Assembly (NCBI RefSeq): GCF_009914755.1
Contig: NC_060932.1
Strand: one strand, 5' to 3'
Source of the DNA: the human T2T-CHM13v2.0 reference genome, Homo sapiens
DNA: 64,000 nucleotides
The notes beneath the pieces are model-generated. The model was given only the letters and a program-made list of their open reading frames with translations, was not told the origin of the DNA and made no database searches. The position numbers and the translations under genes were made by a program. Below, piece by piece: positions 42,920 to 62,774 of the stretch. The number at the start of each line of letters is the position of its first letter. Position 1 is the first letter of the stretch.

Positions 42920-45229
42920 TTACTAATGAGCACTTGAAAACGTGTTCAGCACCATTAGTTAATAAGAAACACAGTGAGATACCGCTTTAAACACACTAGG
43001 ATGACCGTCATGAAAAGACAGTTACCACCAAATGTTGGCAAAGGGTTGGAACTGAAAGGGGAAAAATTAAGGTAATGGTTAAAGAGGCTGGTAGAGACAG
43101 AAGCAAGAGTCTGGCACCTGGTGTGTAGCATGATATTTAGGAAGCTTCAAAGATGGGGAGAAACTGTTGGAAATGTAAAATGGAACAACAACCTAGGAAA
43201 AGTTTGGTGCTTTCTTAAAGAGTTAAATAAAACTGACCATATGACCCAGCCGCTCTATTAAGAATCTACCCAAGAAAAATGAAAATTATGTCTTCATGCA
43301 GATTGTACACTACTGCTCATAGCAGCATTATCTCTAAGAGCCAAAAATGGAAGATAACCCACATGTTTATAAATTAGTAGACAGACAAGACGAAATGTGA
43401 TATATCCATATAGCAGAAGACTATTCAGTAATTAAAAGGAACTGAATACTGATCACCAGTATACTGATGTATACTGCAATATGAATAAAACCCAAAACCT
43501 TTATTCTAGGCACAAAAGACTCTATATTGTATGATTCCATTTTTTAAAAATATCCAGAAAAATAATTTATAGAGACAACAAAAATATAGGTTGCCTGGGA
43601 CTGGGGGTGAGAACAGTTTAAAAGCAAACATGCTTGAGGGAATTTTGGGGGGTGATGGCAAAGTTATAAGCCTGGATTGTGGTGAGAGTTGCACAAGTCT
43701 ACATATTTGCTAAAGGCATTGAGCTGTAAAATTACAAAGAATGAATTTTATGGTATGTGAATTATACCTTGATATAAAAGTAAAGTATAATGTGAACCTG
43801 GAAAAGAACATACATAGGGAAAAACTGGCTATGACCCCTTGATGCGTTCTTCCAAGGTGAGAATGGGAACCACTGATTATTTACACTGCTTGGTGTGGAA
43901 AGTTTGAAGCCCTCGCCTTGAACTAGCATGGGAAGGTAGCTCTACCTTGAAGAGCCTCTTGTTTTTGTTCTTGAAACTGCTGGGATGGTCATGGCTTATG
44001 TCTTCTGGGTGTAAAACTACTCATCAATGCTTGCTCCTTTTCAGTATTTTGGGGTCTCTTCCAGGGTGTAGATTTTAAGCTAGAACCAAATTGGGTGGCA
44101 CGTCTCCTCTTTAGGGTTTACAATGTGAAACTGATAATGTGAGAAGTTCCACTGGAGGAAATTAGTACTTGGTCCTAACTTGGGACCAATAACAGAATGA
44201 TGCAAAGTAGCTATTCAGGTTTAAGTATGTGGAATAACAGGATATTTGTTTCAGAAAGTTGAAAAACTATAGCAACTGAGAAAGATGGTGGCTTACCTCT
44301 TCATATTGTCATAAATATCTACCAGAATAGAATGGAAACAATAAAAACAAAAAAGGTTTAAGAATAAGAAAACAAAGCTGTTACTAAAATCAATAATATA
44401 GGAAGCTTTATAGAATTTTGCAACAGAATATTACAACCAATGCATGTGTGAAAAGCTTCTTCTTAGGCCTTGTATCTCAAAGATATTAACATTGCCGTTT
44501 TCCTTTTTTATGAACACTTACAAACTTGCCATTGAATTCATTGCTGTGAATTCAACCATAACAATGTCAGGTTTCCAAATTCTCAAGATCATGGAAAACA
44601 ACCAACTTGGAAATAATAAAGCATACACTTTAGATTTACTTTCCAATGTTTGACAATTAAGGATTTTCTTAAAAAGATTTATAACATTATTCCTTGATGT
44701 TTATTGGGTAACTTTCATCATTTTCAAAATTTCATGAATTCTGAAATTAGCCTTTTAAATATAGCTATTGGGTATAGATATGGAATTTTCTTGGAGAGAA
44801 AAAATATTTTATTACTTCACTTCCCTTATTAAATGCTATTTTTATTGGGAAAAAATGTTTTGTTGGCTATAAAATATATAGTGTCAATAATTAAATAGTA
44901 TATGCATTAAATCAACACTAGAGTAATTTTCCTTAGGAAATTTGTTCACAATAAACTAAACAACTATAATTCTATTATAAATACTAATAGGGATTAAAAA
45001 AGACAACCAAGTTCTTTTGTGCCAGTAAGACTGAGAAAGCTCTTTTGTCCATGACAGAGTACTGAATAAAATTTGATTTTTGACGTCTGGTTTCTGGAGG
45101 AGAGTGAGGCTATGACTGGCATGAAAATAGTTCAGGAATATTACCATCAAGAGTTGGGGAGAGGCTGACGGCACAAAGGTGGCATGTGAGTTTGCAAGAG
45201 AGTTAAAAGGAGAAAGATGGAAGGGGTTG

Positions 45230-46537
45230 GGGTTGTAGATGTGTAGATGTGTAGGTTGTAGATTTCTGAGACCTCTGTTCAGTTCCATTGGTCTATATAT
45301 CTGTTTTGGTACCAGTACCATGCTGTTTTCGTTACTATAGGCTTGTAGTATAGTTTGAAGTCAGGTAGCATGATACCGCCAGCTTTGTTCTTTTTCTTAG
45401 GATTGTCTTGGCTACACGGGAAGACCTAAAACCATAAAAACCCTAGAAGAAAACCTAGGCAATACCATTCAGGACATAGGCATGGGCAAAGACTTCATGA
45501 CTAAAACACCAAAAACAATGGCAACAAAAGCTAATATTGATAAATGAGATCTAATTAAACTAAGGAGCTTCTGCACAGCAAAAGAAACTTATCAGAGTGA
45601 ATAGGCAAACTACAGTATGGGAGAAAATGTTTGTAATCTATCCGTCTGACAAAGGGCTGATATCCAGAATCTACAAGGAACTTAAACAAATTTACAAGAA
45701 AAAAAAACCATCAAAAAGTGGGTGAAAGATATGAATAGACACTTCTCAAAAGAAGACATTTATGCAGCCAACAAACATGAACAAAAGCCCATCATCACTG
45801 GTCATTAGATAAATGCAAATCAAAACCACAATGAGATGCTACCTCATGCCAGTTAGAATGGCGATTGTTAAAAAGTCAGGAAACAACAGATGCTGGAGAG
45901 AATGTGGAGAAATAGGAATGCTTTTATACTGTTGGTGGGAGTGTAAATTAGTTCACCCATTGTGGAAGACAGTATGGCAATTCCTCAAGTATCTAGAACC
46001 AGAAATACCCTTTGACCCAGCAATCCCATTACTGGGTATATACCCAAAGGATTATAAATCATTCTATAAAGACACATGCACACGTATGTTTCTTGTTGCA
46101 CTGTTCACAATAGCAAAGAATTGGAACCAACCTAAATGCCCATCAATGATAGACTGGATGAAGAAAATGTGGCACATATACACCATGGAATACTATGCTG
46201 CCATAAAAAAGGATGAGTTCATGTCCTTTGCAGGGACATAGATGAAGCTGGAAACCATCATTCTCAGCAAACTAACACAGGAACAGAAAACCAAACACCA
46301 CATGTTCTCACTCATAAGTGGGAGGTGAACAATGAGAACACATGGACACAAGGAGGGGAACATCACACACTGGAGCCTGTGGGGGTTGGGGGGCTAGAAG
46401 AGGGATAGCATTAGGAGAAACACCTAATATAGATGATGGATTAATGGGTGCAGCAAACCACCATGGCACGTGTATCACTATGTAACAAAACTGCACGTTC
46501 TGCACTTGTATCCCAGAACTTAAATTATTAAAAAAAA
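45230..46537 (+). mobile_element. L1PA (about L1PA8-10) with 5' inversion
   Basis: Antisense ORF2 piece at ~45230-45420 joined to sense ORF2 end, 3' UTR and A tail at 45421-46537. Confidence 0.9.
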
Positions 46538-46730
46538 TAGATAATAGTAGTGAAAAGGAGGGACTTGGCTTGTGTCATCACATTTAGGAAGTTTCAATGA
46601 ATCAGGGAGTGTTTTCCTTCCACAAGACTGCTCTGCACTGGCAAATATCCCTGCTGGCTTTAAGGACTGCTTGGGATACATTCCAGGTCACGATTGTTTT
46701 TGTCATCTGTCATATAAAGAGCTGAGGGTT

Positions 46731-47056
<326 letters not shown>

Positions 47057-48399
47057 TAAAGCTGCCTGATACATCTTTTTATTCTCCATTTTCTTGGTAT
47101 CACAAATGATACTGCAATGAACATTTTTGTGCATAATTAGTTTTTTCTACATATTGCAGAATATTTACATAGGGCAGTTGCCCATAAATATAATTGGTGG
47201 GCTAAAATTAATAAACATTAAGGTTTAAGGCTCTTGATAGTTATATTTTATGTTTCTTCCTTAGCAGTTGCATGTCTATCAGCAATGCTAGTGTCCTCTT
47301 CACCCACAATGACGCTGTATATCATCATTTTAAGAAGTTACTTGCTAATTTTGTATTCTCTAAACTAAAGCTAACTCTCTAAACAAATTCAAGATAAAAC
47401 AACAAAAACAAAAGTAATATCGTAGTAGAACCTAATCTTTCTTCAGTGCGTGCTGTGGACTAAATGCTTTATGTGAACTCACTCTGTATTCCACTGACCT
47501 TTTTCAGGTGAATATTACATTATGTCTAGTCAAAAAATGAGTAAATAGAGAAACAGGTTATGCAACTATCCCAAGTTTAAATTGCTGGTATGCATACTTC
47601 CAATTTATTACCAACCTACCAGTTTGTATTCATCCTATTTATAAATTAGGACACTTGTATTCTTCCCACTGACTAATGCACATTCCAATATTTTTTTCTT
47701 TCTCTGTATATGCCCCTACCCCTTTTTTTTCTGCTGTGGTGGACTCCTATTCCTTCTTTAGAGATGAGTCACCACTCTGTGAGGTCTTCCTTGTAGTCAT
47801 CACCTTCCTTGAGTAATTCTGTCACCTTAATGGTTCTGCAGCGCTGTCATACAGGTAAAATTACTTTTGGGTATGCCTTTCTTTCCTGCTAAAGAACTGC
47901 CTTTGCCAGAACACAGAAAATGTGCCATGCAATGCAAGGCCTCCTTCCTACCTCCATTCCCTGGGTGGATGGGCACCAGCACAGGAATGTTTATTGTTGG
48001 ATGTGGCTGGGCTCAGGCCACTTCTCTCTCTCCTGGACCTGTCTTACATTCATGGACAACTACCATCACCATTTCTGTTACTTAAAATACTTGTCTCCAG
48101 CATTCTCTCCATCAAATCAGAAATTCTAGAGCAGAAATTATTTTTAAAAAGTTCTCCAGGTGGTCTTCATGTAACGTGAGAGAGAGCTACTCTTTGGGAA
48201 TCATTGATCTGGTAGCTTAGTCTGAAAAACTGGTGCTTTGGAATCACTGGCAGCCATGCCGCCATGCTTTGTAGAGAAAGTGGGCTCATCAGTTTCATCA
48301 AAGGCCAATCATTCTGTCTCTCTGCAAGTACATATCAGTAAAAGGGAAGAGAAAATTAACAAAATAATAAAATGTTAGAAATGAATGGAGCATGATGAT

Positions 48400-48650
48400 C
48401 ATACCACCAATAATACTAAAACTAATGTTTATTGACCATATTATGTACCAGATGCTGGGCCAATTGCTGTATGTGCATTATCTCTTAATCTAAAGCTGTG
48501 CTTATGAAGTAGGGGATTATTATCTTCATTTTTCAAATGGAGATTCTAATATTTAGACATTAACTAATTTCATCAAAGCGACACAGCTAGTAAGTACGAA
48601 ACCAGGATTTAAAATAGGCAGCCTGACTGGAATCTGCATGATTAACCCTG
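48400..48650 (-). mobile_element. MIR SINE
   Basis: 'aataatac...gtttattga...tatgtaccag...cacagctagtaagt...accaggattt..aggcagcctgact'. Confidence 0.75.
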
Positions 48651-49541
48651 ATGTAAGGGGCATGGGGGAGTTTAGGGGAGGAACTTAGTCTAACCCTACA
48701 TCTTTCATGTTTAAATAGCAAAAAGAAGAAGGCAGAGGACTGGTGTGATTTAATTAATAAAGTTTATATATCCATATACAAGTAAAAAAATCATCTTTTC
48801 AAGTTTCCATGAAACAAATGTTCATGTAAATACAGAATGGGTTCAATACTGGGCCAAATATAAAATACTAAAAAAACAGAAATCATGCAAGCCACATTTA
48901 CTAATAATAGAATAAAAATTAACTATTTTTAATAATACAAGTCAGCAATTTTCCCAAACCCAAGTAAATATTAAATAAAAGGAGAAATCATAAGTGGAAT
49001 TATAGATGATATGTAATACCATGACAATGGAAGCTATACATTAAACACTTTGACATGCAGCCAGATGAATACTTCCTACAGCAAAATAGGCAAAAACTAT
49101 CTTAAGAGTTTTCTTTTTTAACAAGAGGGAATTAAAATCAATAATCATAACACTGAACTATTTCTTCTAAGAAGATAAAAATAAAAACAAAGTTACCTTT
49201 TGGATGCATTAGGCTGATGAGCATGTGACCCAGCCACATCCTCTGAATGGAATGGAATGGAAATATGTGTGGGGCAATAGCTAAGGCCTAATTATGACAC
49301 TGCAGATTTAGATTTTTTGTTTCTCTTCTATGTGTTTAAGTCATTTCCTTATGGAAGTCACTTAAATGGATCTGACACTTACAAAGCCATTATTATCTGC
49401 TGTGTTGTATTCTGTGTTCTTTGAAGTGATTGCAAATTGGTAGATAAATCATGCTGGTAGATTCCAGGTTTCAAATGTAGGACAACTCATCTATAATTAT
49501 TAAAATCTCCTAGCAATTTCATCTCTAAAACTGCCATAAAT

Positions 49542-49543
<2 letters not shown>

Positions 49544-49579
<36 letters not shown>

Positions 49580-49607
49580 AATCTATGTATATTTATTTGA
49601 GAGTGTG

Positions 49608-49648
<41 letters not shown>
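49544..49648. repeat. (TA)n at 49544-49576 and (AC)19 at 49611-49648
   Basis: Direct read. Confidence 0.95.
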
Positions 49649-49651
<3 letters not shown>

Positions 49652-50504
49652 CTTCATACCATAGACACAGGATGCTCTATAATGCATATTTTGTTTATTC
49701 TTAGATTAATTAATTTTCTTCTCTCTTCCATGAAATGCTATTATGGCATTTTTAATCACAACTGCAATTATCTTAAGAACCGTACCAAAGGAGTGTCAGG
49801 CATTAGTAATTTCATTAATTTTAGTCATTATGCCAAAATACATTAATTTAAAACTCATATACTCAAATAATCAAAATAATGCCTTTTTCACTACTTTTCA
49901 ATGTTTTTCTCCAGCTCTAGTTTTTTCTATTTTTATCATTGCTAGTAATACCCTTTTCCTTTGCACATCTGTGATGAGCTTTTATGATAATAGAAGTTAA
50001 TTTTTTTCTGCCTTTTTAGAGTATTGCATTAGCAGTACTCTTCTTTCAGGGAAACAAAATTCTCATGGTCGTTTACTTGTGCTTTAAAATGATTTAATGA
50101 TATTTAAATGAATGTTTATATTTTCTACCTTGCATTAGAGTTATATGTGTATGTTAACTGTTTTATCTTCACTCAAAGTGTGAGCACCTGAGAGAAGTTT
50201 TATACTTTGGTATTCTCCCTGGCATATATTACATCTATGTCCACATACATATATTCCAGTACTTTGCACATGTTAGCTGCTCAATTTGCATACATTAAAT
50301 GAAGAAAAAAATGGTGACTTTTGTCTTTTGCAGGCAACTTTCCCATTCTCATTTTTGCTTTCTTTGAGCTGTTTTCCTGTAACACACCTAATTCAGCCAC
50401 CACTGTGGAAAGTGTTCTTTATCTGATCTGATTGCTCAATATCAGAAGGGTTACAAAGATTATTCCACAATGAAACCTAAGTTGTTGTTTATGTATTTAA
50501 ATTA

Positions 50505-51140
50505 AATTTGGATCCCACTACTAGGAATCTACTCAAAGGAAAAGAAATGAATTTCTCTAAGGGCTACCTGCATTTGCAGGTTTATTGCAGCACTATTCAC
50601 AATAACAAAGATAGCAAATCAACCTAAATGCCCATCAATGGATTAATGGTTAAAGTGTGGTACATATACAATATGGAATACTATTTGGCTAGTATAGTAT
50701 GAAATTCTATCATCTGCAGCAACATGGGTGGAACTGGTGGTCATTGTGTTAAGTAAAACAACCCAGGCAGAGAAAGACAAATTTCACAGGTTCTCACTCA
50801 TGTGGGAGATAAGAAATTTGATCACAAGGAAGTAGAGAGTGGAAAGAGAGAGAACAGAGACTGGGAAGGGTGAGTGGGATGGCTAAAGAGATGTGACGAG
50901 TACAAACATAGTTATTCGGTTGGAGAAAAGTAATGGCAAAAACCGCAATTACTTTTGCATCAACCTAATAGAAGGAATGAATTTTATGTTTCATAGCAGA
51001 TTAGGGTGCCTGTAGTTAGACAAAAGCATATTTTACTCAGGTGATGAACACCCTAAGTACCCTTAATCACTATGCATTATATACATCTAACAAAATTTCA
51101 CAAGTACTGCATACATTTGTAAAGATAAAAAATATTTTAA
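50505..51140 (+). mobile_element. L1MA-type 3' end containing a MADE1 remnant at 50915-50968
   Basis: L1 ORF2 end and 3' UTR; MADE1 'aaagtaatggcaaaaaccgcaattacttttgcatcaacctaa' between TA dinucleotides. Confidence 0.82.
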
Positions 51141-51519
51141 ATGAAACTTTGAACTTTGCAAAAAAAGAAAAGGGTTGCACAAATAATCATATAGTTTCCT
51201 CAACAATTAGGTTAAACTTCTCTCTTGTCTTTTCTCTTCACCCCCAACCCATACTTGAGAGATTTTATAAATGATTCATATAGTTTAATATTTATCTGTG
51301 ATCTTCTGGAAAGGCTAAGCTGTGGATTATGACTACTTTAGCCTTAGGAGCTCTCCTTTGATTTTAAAGTATCTTCTTACCCATCAAAGTGGCCACAAGC
51401 TAGTTACAGTTGCAGTAAGCAAAATTGCCCTAAAAAAAGAAAGAATGGACTTTCTTAGTCCATTTGTGTTGCTATAAAGGAATACCTGAGTTTGGGAAGT
51501 TTTTAAAGAAAAGAGGTTT

Positions 51520-55065
<3,546 letters not shown>

Positions 55066-55162
55066 GAAGCATGGTGCCAGCATCTGCTTCTTGTGAGGGC
55101 CTCAGGCTGATTTCCCTTGTGGTGAAAGGTGAGGGGACCTGGCATATGCAGAGATCACATGA

Positions 55163-55507
<345 letters not shown>

Positions 55508-55996
55508 TCCAGGTTCCTTTTAACAACTAGCTTTCCAGGGGATTCTTGTGGGAACTGATAGAGCAAGAACTCACACATTCCCTGCCCCAGGGAGGGCATT
55601 AATCTATTCATGAGAGATCTGTTCCTATGATCCAAACACCTCCCATTAGTCACCACCTCCATCACTGGGGATCAAAGTTCAACATGAGATTTGGAGGGGA
55701 TAAATCAAACTACAGCATAGATCAATCCAGAAAGTATATAAAATCTGGCTTTGTAACATTAAACTGGCATCCATGTATTCACAGGGGCTGAGCCCTTTTG
55801 TTTTGTGGATGTACTCTTGTGATGCTGTAATTTGTAATGTTAAAGAATATGACTCTCACAAGCACATAGTCATTTTACGTAAGTCCTCTCCAAGTTTGCT
55901 TCCTCTGAAAAGATGGCAAACGAACTTTTCTTGCTCTCCACACTCTGCTGTGTTCTAAGCTTCTTGGAGATTTTTGTGTAAGCCTCAATTAATGAA

Positions 55997-56319
55997 TGGG
56001 TTCTCCTCAACTTATGATGGGTTTATGTCCTGATAAACCCACCGTTAGTTGAAAATGTTGATTCCACGTCAAAAATGCATTTAATACACTTAATTTACTG
56101 AACATTATTGTTTGCCTAGCCTATCTTAAACTTGGTCAGAGCACTTACACCAGCCTACAGTTGGGCAAAATATCTACCACAAGGCTTATTTTGTAATACA
56201 GTGTTGAATATCTCATGAAGTTTATTGAATGCTGCCCTGAAAGTGAAAAACAATGGTTTGACACCATTGCAAGGACAAAAATCATTAAATTGAACCCATC
56301 ATTAGTTGGGGATCATCTG
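55997..56319 (+). mobile_element. MER47A (TcMar-Tigger) DNA element
   Basis: 'ctcctcaacttatgatggg...gataaaccca...aaaatgcatttaatacac...agcctacagttgggcaaaat...gttggggatcatctg'. Confidence 0.85.
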
Positions 56320-56899
56320 CATGTTTTAATCAGGCTGAGATTTGGATGTTAACCCCAATACCTGGTTGCTTGGAAATGTGGCAACTTCACCCAGAAAAAC
56401 AGACACGAGACTTTTCTAACCACTATGATCAGTGTTTTTGTAACTTCATTAATTCATCCTGCAGATTCTTTTCTGTTCAAATTCTTCTGTGTGTATCCAA
56501 AATTGGCATAAACCTAGTCCAGTTCCCTGGGAATTATCTTATTTTTTCGTTAAGGCAGCACAAGTACAGAAAGAATTATGGATTACCTTATTGGATTTCT
56601 CCACATTTATGTGAAATTCATCTGCATCAGTCTGTTTTTTTGCCTTTTTTAATTGGTAATTCAAACTGATTTCCAATTCTCCGTTGAACTATGTTATCCC
56701 GTTCTCTGAACAGAGTGGAATTTATGTACTTCTGTGTACTCCCCCTTCATGTTTATCCAATGGATAAGTGTAACTTATCCTTTTGACTGCAGCATAATTT
56801 ACATGAAGAACATTTAACTACCCATTGGGCTCTTTCAATATTAGGAAAGATTATTTCACTGGATTTCTTTGGAAGAGAAAAATCCTCTAAAATACATGT

Positions 56900-58095
<1,196 letters not shown>

Positions 58096-58309
58096 TATTT
58101 TTATGAAATTTTAAAACATAAGTGTATTATTTGACTCCTTGAGAAGGACAAGTAAGAAACAGAATTGTGGACCTGTTTAGATGCTAGGAGGCAATATGGT
58201 GTGGTGAAATAAATATCAGTTTTGGATTAAATATTTCTAATTCTGATCCGAACAGCGATGATTTCTCTGTGATATTTGAGAAGTCACAATGTCTTAGAAC
58301 ACAATTTGT

Positions 58310-58490
58310 CTAGACAATGGAGAGTCCAAAGTGGGCAGGGGGACACAGGTCAAAAAAATGACCTATCTGGTACTATGTTTGCTACTTGGACAACAGGATC
58401 ATTAGAAGCCCAAACCTCGGCATCATGCAATATGTCCATGTAACAAACCTGCACATATATCCTCTGAATCTAAAATTTTAAAAAAGAAAA
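58310..58490 (+). mobile_element. Short L1PA/L1PB 3' end inside a MIR
   Basis: 'attagaagcccaaacctcggcatcatgcaatat...aacaaacctgcacatatatcctctgaatctaaaa'. Confidence 0.8.
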
Positions 58491-61400
58491 ACATGATGTG
58501 TTTCATTTATAAAGTGACCCTTTAACATACTGTGAAGGATTGCTGGGAAAACTTGAAATAATATATGTAAATTGTGTAGCTCAGTGCCTGGCATGTATTA
58601 TGTGGTCAATAAAAGTGGGAGCATTTGTTGGTAGTGCTGGTTCTTGTTGAGGTTTTGGTGATTCTCCTCTTTTAAACTCTACTCAGGCTAAGGCTCATGT
58701 CTTCAATACACTTTGGAAGGAATCTCAACACTTGCTCAAGTGCTGGGTATTCAGTAGATGTGACGGGCTAGGATACAGACTGTGATATTGACTTTCTTTT
58801 TAGAACTGTGAATTGTCCATTATGCCTATGGTTATGGAAAAATAATATGCACAAGTTTTTCAAAAGAAAGAGGAGTGTAGTCAAAGGTTATTATTAGCAG
58901 TTCAACACTGCGATAGGTGTAGTCCAATCCGCTGTACACAGGTCTCCTTTAGAGCCAATGTCTTGTTTAAAAAATAAAGCAAGCTAAGCATGTAATAGTG
59001 GCACATCGAGAAATGCTTTATGTGATACAGAGTGTACCCGAGTGCTGACTGAAGTAGTTATGAAGCTCCTGGGCAGGCCAAATGGCATAATAGCAGCAAA
59101 CCCATAGATCTAGGCTTCTTACATGGTAAATAACAAGGTAGGTCAGGTGTACCCTGGGGAGGAGGTTTTGGGGATCTGAGTTCCTGCATCTGAGTCTTTT
59201 CCATTGTATATATCCTTTCCCTCCTTGTTGGTTGGTTTTAGTATTAAAACAAAGACTATCCCAGGTTCTCTGCACCCTAAAATCTGGACCAGCCCATAGG
59301 ATCTGGTCCAACCACATACTTACCTATTAAGAATAAAACAATTGTAAAAGTGTAATATTTCTATTCCCCCCAAAAAATCAGAAAGTAAAAAGCAAGTTAA
59401 TCTCATTAGCTTTCAGGATAATAAATTATTTTACTAATTCACTCTCTCTCTAATCTCATGATATTTCTAAAATATTTTAACTGTTATGTGATATCTTCAA
59501 AAACATATAAGGAACTCTGAAAAAGAAGGAGGGCATTTTTCCAAATTTCTTACTTCTCAGAATATATAAAAATATTCAAAAGTAAAAAGAATGATTCTTG
59601 AAATCTGAACTTGAGGCTTTGTTTTATTATATAATGCAGGAGAGTGATGCCGCTGGCTGAGTCTGGGAAAGTTTACAGAATTCTGGTCTGAGGATCATCC
59701 CACAACCCCCTCCCCTACCAAGACCTAGAGTCTGGGTGTTCAGATTGGGCACTTGGCAGCAGACGATGATCTAGAAGGCAATCAAGGAAAGTGGCTATTA
59801 AAAGATCACAGGCTTACTGAAGGGAGAAAAATGACTTTTGCTAAAAGCTAAATCTCTGAATATCCCCGAAGCTATTTTTTCTCTTGACCTATATGTGTGG
59901 CCCTGTGTATGCATAGTCACAATTTTCACCTGATTTTTTTTTGGGTGTGGGGGGTAATGATCTTTACACACATTTAAATTTAACACTTGCTAAGCCACTT
60001 AAAGGACTGAGTTAAATAAGAAATCACTTAAGCAATCTTGGATTCTTGCCATTCCTTGTGATTTCATGGGGAGGGGGGTACCACTCGTAGGACAGAAGCC
60101 AATCTCTAATTGTTTTATTTAATTAGATCATTTCAATAGCTAAGCTAGCCTGAAGACCTTGTTTCTCTGTGTCCTCTCACCTTGATTGGGTTGCTTTGTT
60201 CAAGCCTATTTCTCTAGAACCTTTGTACTTTTTGACCATGGAATTGATGGGGTATTAGCTGGGGTCTTCACATATTTTAGCAGAGGCATTTCTCAGGTTG
60301 CTTCTCATTTTCCCTTCTCCTCTGCTCCATGATATATGAAAATTGATTATTTTTGCCTTCCTGCAGCCAAGTAGAAGGTTGTAAGTCACTATGAATCTAT
60401 AAAAGCTGTCACCTTTCAGTGGTGGTGCATTTGTGATATTTTCTGAGGGCTAAGAGAATGGGTGTTCTTGATAAATACTTCTCCCTGTCACCTAAAAGAC
60501 AAAAAAAGAAAGTATTCCACTGTCAATTTATCATAAACTTGAAATGTCAATGGAAAACAGCATTTTTTGGTTGCACATGAAAATTACACATGGCATTACT
60601 TTGAAAGATTGAATCTTCTGAAACTCATCAAGCAATAACTGCTCCACACATTCAGGGATGGCAGTGTTTTTCTTCCTCTTCTGTCAGGGAATGCATTACA
60701 GAGGTGATGTGAGTCTATGGCTTCTCTGAGCACCAATAAGAGGTCCAAATGAATGATTGGAATGCTTGCAACTTGGCTGAACCAAATGTGATGAGTTCTT
60801 GTTCTCACCTATTTTTAAATAACTCCTAAATATTCAACCAAATGTAATTTAATTGCATTTACATATTGGAAGCTAAGCAATGGGTGAATAAGGCCAAATC
60901 CTTAGCAGGATGCTAATGGGATTTGGAAGTTCAAGATCCCTGATCAACTCTACTAGCTTATTTATGATGGAATCACAGATGTGGATCACAGGTCAAGAAA
61001 GGTTGGTCAGTTGTCTGAGGGAGCATTTCTCCACAATTCTGCCCCATCATTTCCATACAAACTAAGGTTACACCCTATAATTTGAGTGTGGTCTGAGTCT
61101 ACTAGGAAGGGGGCCCTGGACCCTAAATCTTATCTTCATTAGATGTCAGAGTTAGATGGTACCTTACTCAAAAACGGGCCCAACTCCTACATCTTAAGCT
61201 GTGAGATTTACCCAAAGACATACAACAAAGCAAAGTGGTTGCAGATTCTGGTGCACAGCTTTTACCCACAAGTCCATTGTCATGTTGGTTTTGTTTTGTT
61301 GTTTGCTTTCCCTATCTCCACTCTGATCCTAATTCTGACCATAAGTTTCATCTGCGATTTTGCACAAGTCAGGAGTGACTTGTGGGTGAAGGCCTGTGTA

Positions 61401-61809
61401 TGAGTGGGATCCGCACTCATGCATTTACTTGCATAGGTCCTGCAAGGAAGGACCTCAGCCTCAACAGCATCCTTCAGAGCAGCCAACTGCAGTGATCCTT
61501 TTCTTATCCGTCCTTATTACTTATTTACATAAAGAGCTGCCATCCCTTAACTAATAAATTTTGAGCCTTTCTTGTAAATCTGGATGGCTTGCCAGTGTGA
61601 TGGCAGTGCAAAAGTGATTTCCCCAGAGGGCAGGCAGTAGACAGAAAGTAACTCCGCCTTTGTTAGGGAAGATATATGAGGCTTTTAGCTATCTGCAAAT
61701 ATGGTGAAATTGGACGATGGTAGCAGCATCCAATCACCATTCCAGTTCCTCTCTGCCAGAAGGACATAATGCAGGAGTCAGTATATGGTTCCATGCCCAA
61801 AGATGCAAA

Positions 61810-62060
61810 ACAGAAAGATAATAGCATATGTTTGCTGAGACTTGAAGCCAGGTATTGCATTAAGCATTTTAAATACCTTATTCCATTTTAAAATCCTTAC
61901 TATAGCCTGAGAGGATGAGTATTATTAAAATGACCATTTTGCAATTGAGAAAAATGAGGCCCCAAAAAAGCTGATCCTCTTGTTTAAGGTCTTAAAATTA
62001 GAAACAGAAAAGCTGGCATTGAACATGGGCTATTTGACCCCGAAACCTACGGTTGTAGCC
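61810..62060 (-). mobile_element. MIR SINE
   Basis: 'gccaggtattgcattaagcatttta...ccattttgcaattgagaaaaatgaggc'. Confidence 0.7.
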
Positions 62061-62774
62061 ATCACACTCTGACATGAGAAACTGCTAACTTAGGGCTCTA
62101 ATTTCATGCAAGCCCAGAAAAACAGTGTAGTGAAAGAAAACTGGTACCAACCTGTGGGTACGGTGATGTGTCTTCTAGTCCCAGGTCACCACGCACTGAC
62201 CATCAATCTTAGGGAAGTCATCTGTTCTCTGCAGCCCAACCTTTGCATTCTCATCTGTTAAATGAGTTTGGGACAGTTTGGTTTCTAAGATCTCTTCTAG
62301 TTCTAACTATCTGGAGCTAGGTTGTAACCAAGCCAAGGGCAGGAGACAGATCACCTGATTCTGAGTTAAACCCCCACAGGACATTTATATGAGGTCAGTG
62401 TTGATACCTCCACATGACTCTTTATACAGAACAGTTCACAAAACATGACTTATAGACTGTACCATAAAAGGGCTTTTAGGAAGCATTTAATTAAAGCCCC
62501 AATTCTTTTCTTAATATATGATGCTTACTGAAAAATATTAGACGTAAAATTAAAAAAAAAAACATGAATCTCATTGGTAATTCTACCACATTTCAAATAT
62601 ATCACACTTAATAGTTTGGTAAATATATTTCCATGCCACCCCCTGTTTTGGTACTAACATATGCAAGTATTTTTCTAAACAAAAAAAAAGTGATAATATT
62701 TAACCTGCTTTTGACTCCCAATAAACAGTGCAGTTTTTTTCTGTTAATATTCTAAAATATAAAATATAGTCATA

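Noticed and set aside
45813-46241. 142-aa ORF (also 30073-30399 and 34135-34377)
   Set aside because: These are C-terminal remnants of L1 ORF2 in truncated, mutated copies.
50915-50968. MADE1 remnant as a miR-548-type hairpin
   Set aside because: It is internally deleted and one arm is degenerate, so the long hairpin is lost.
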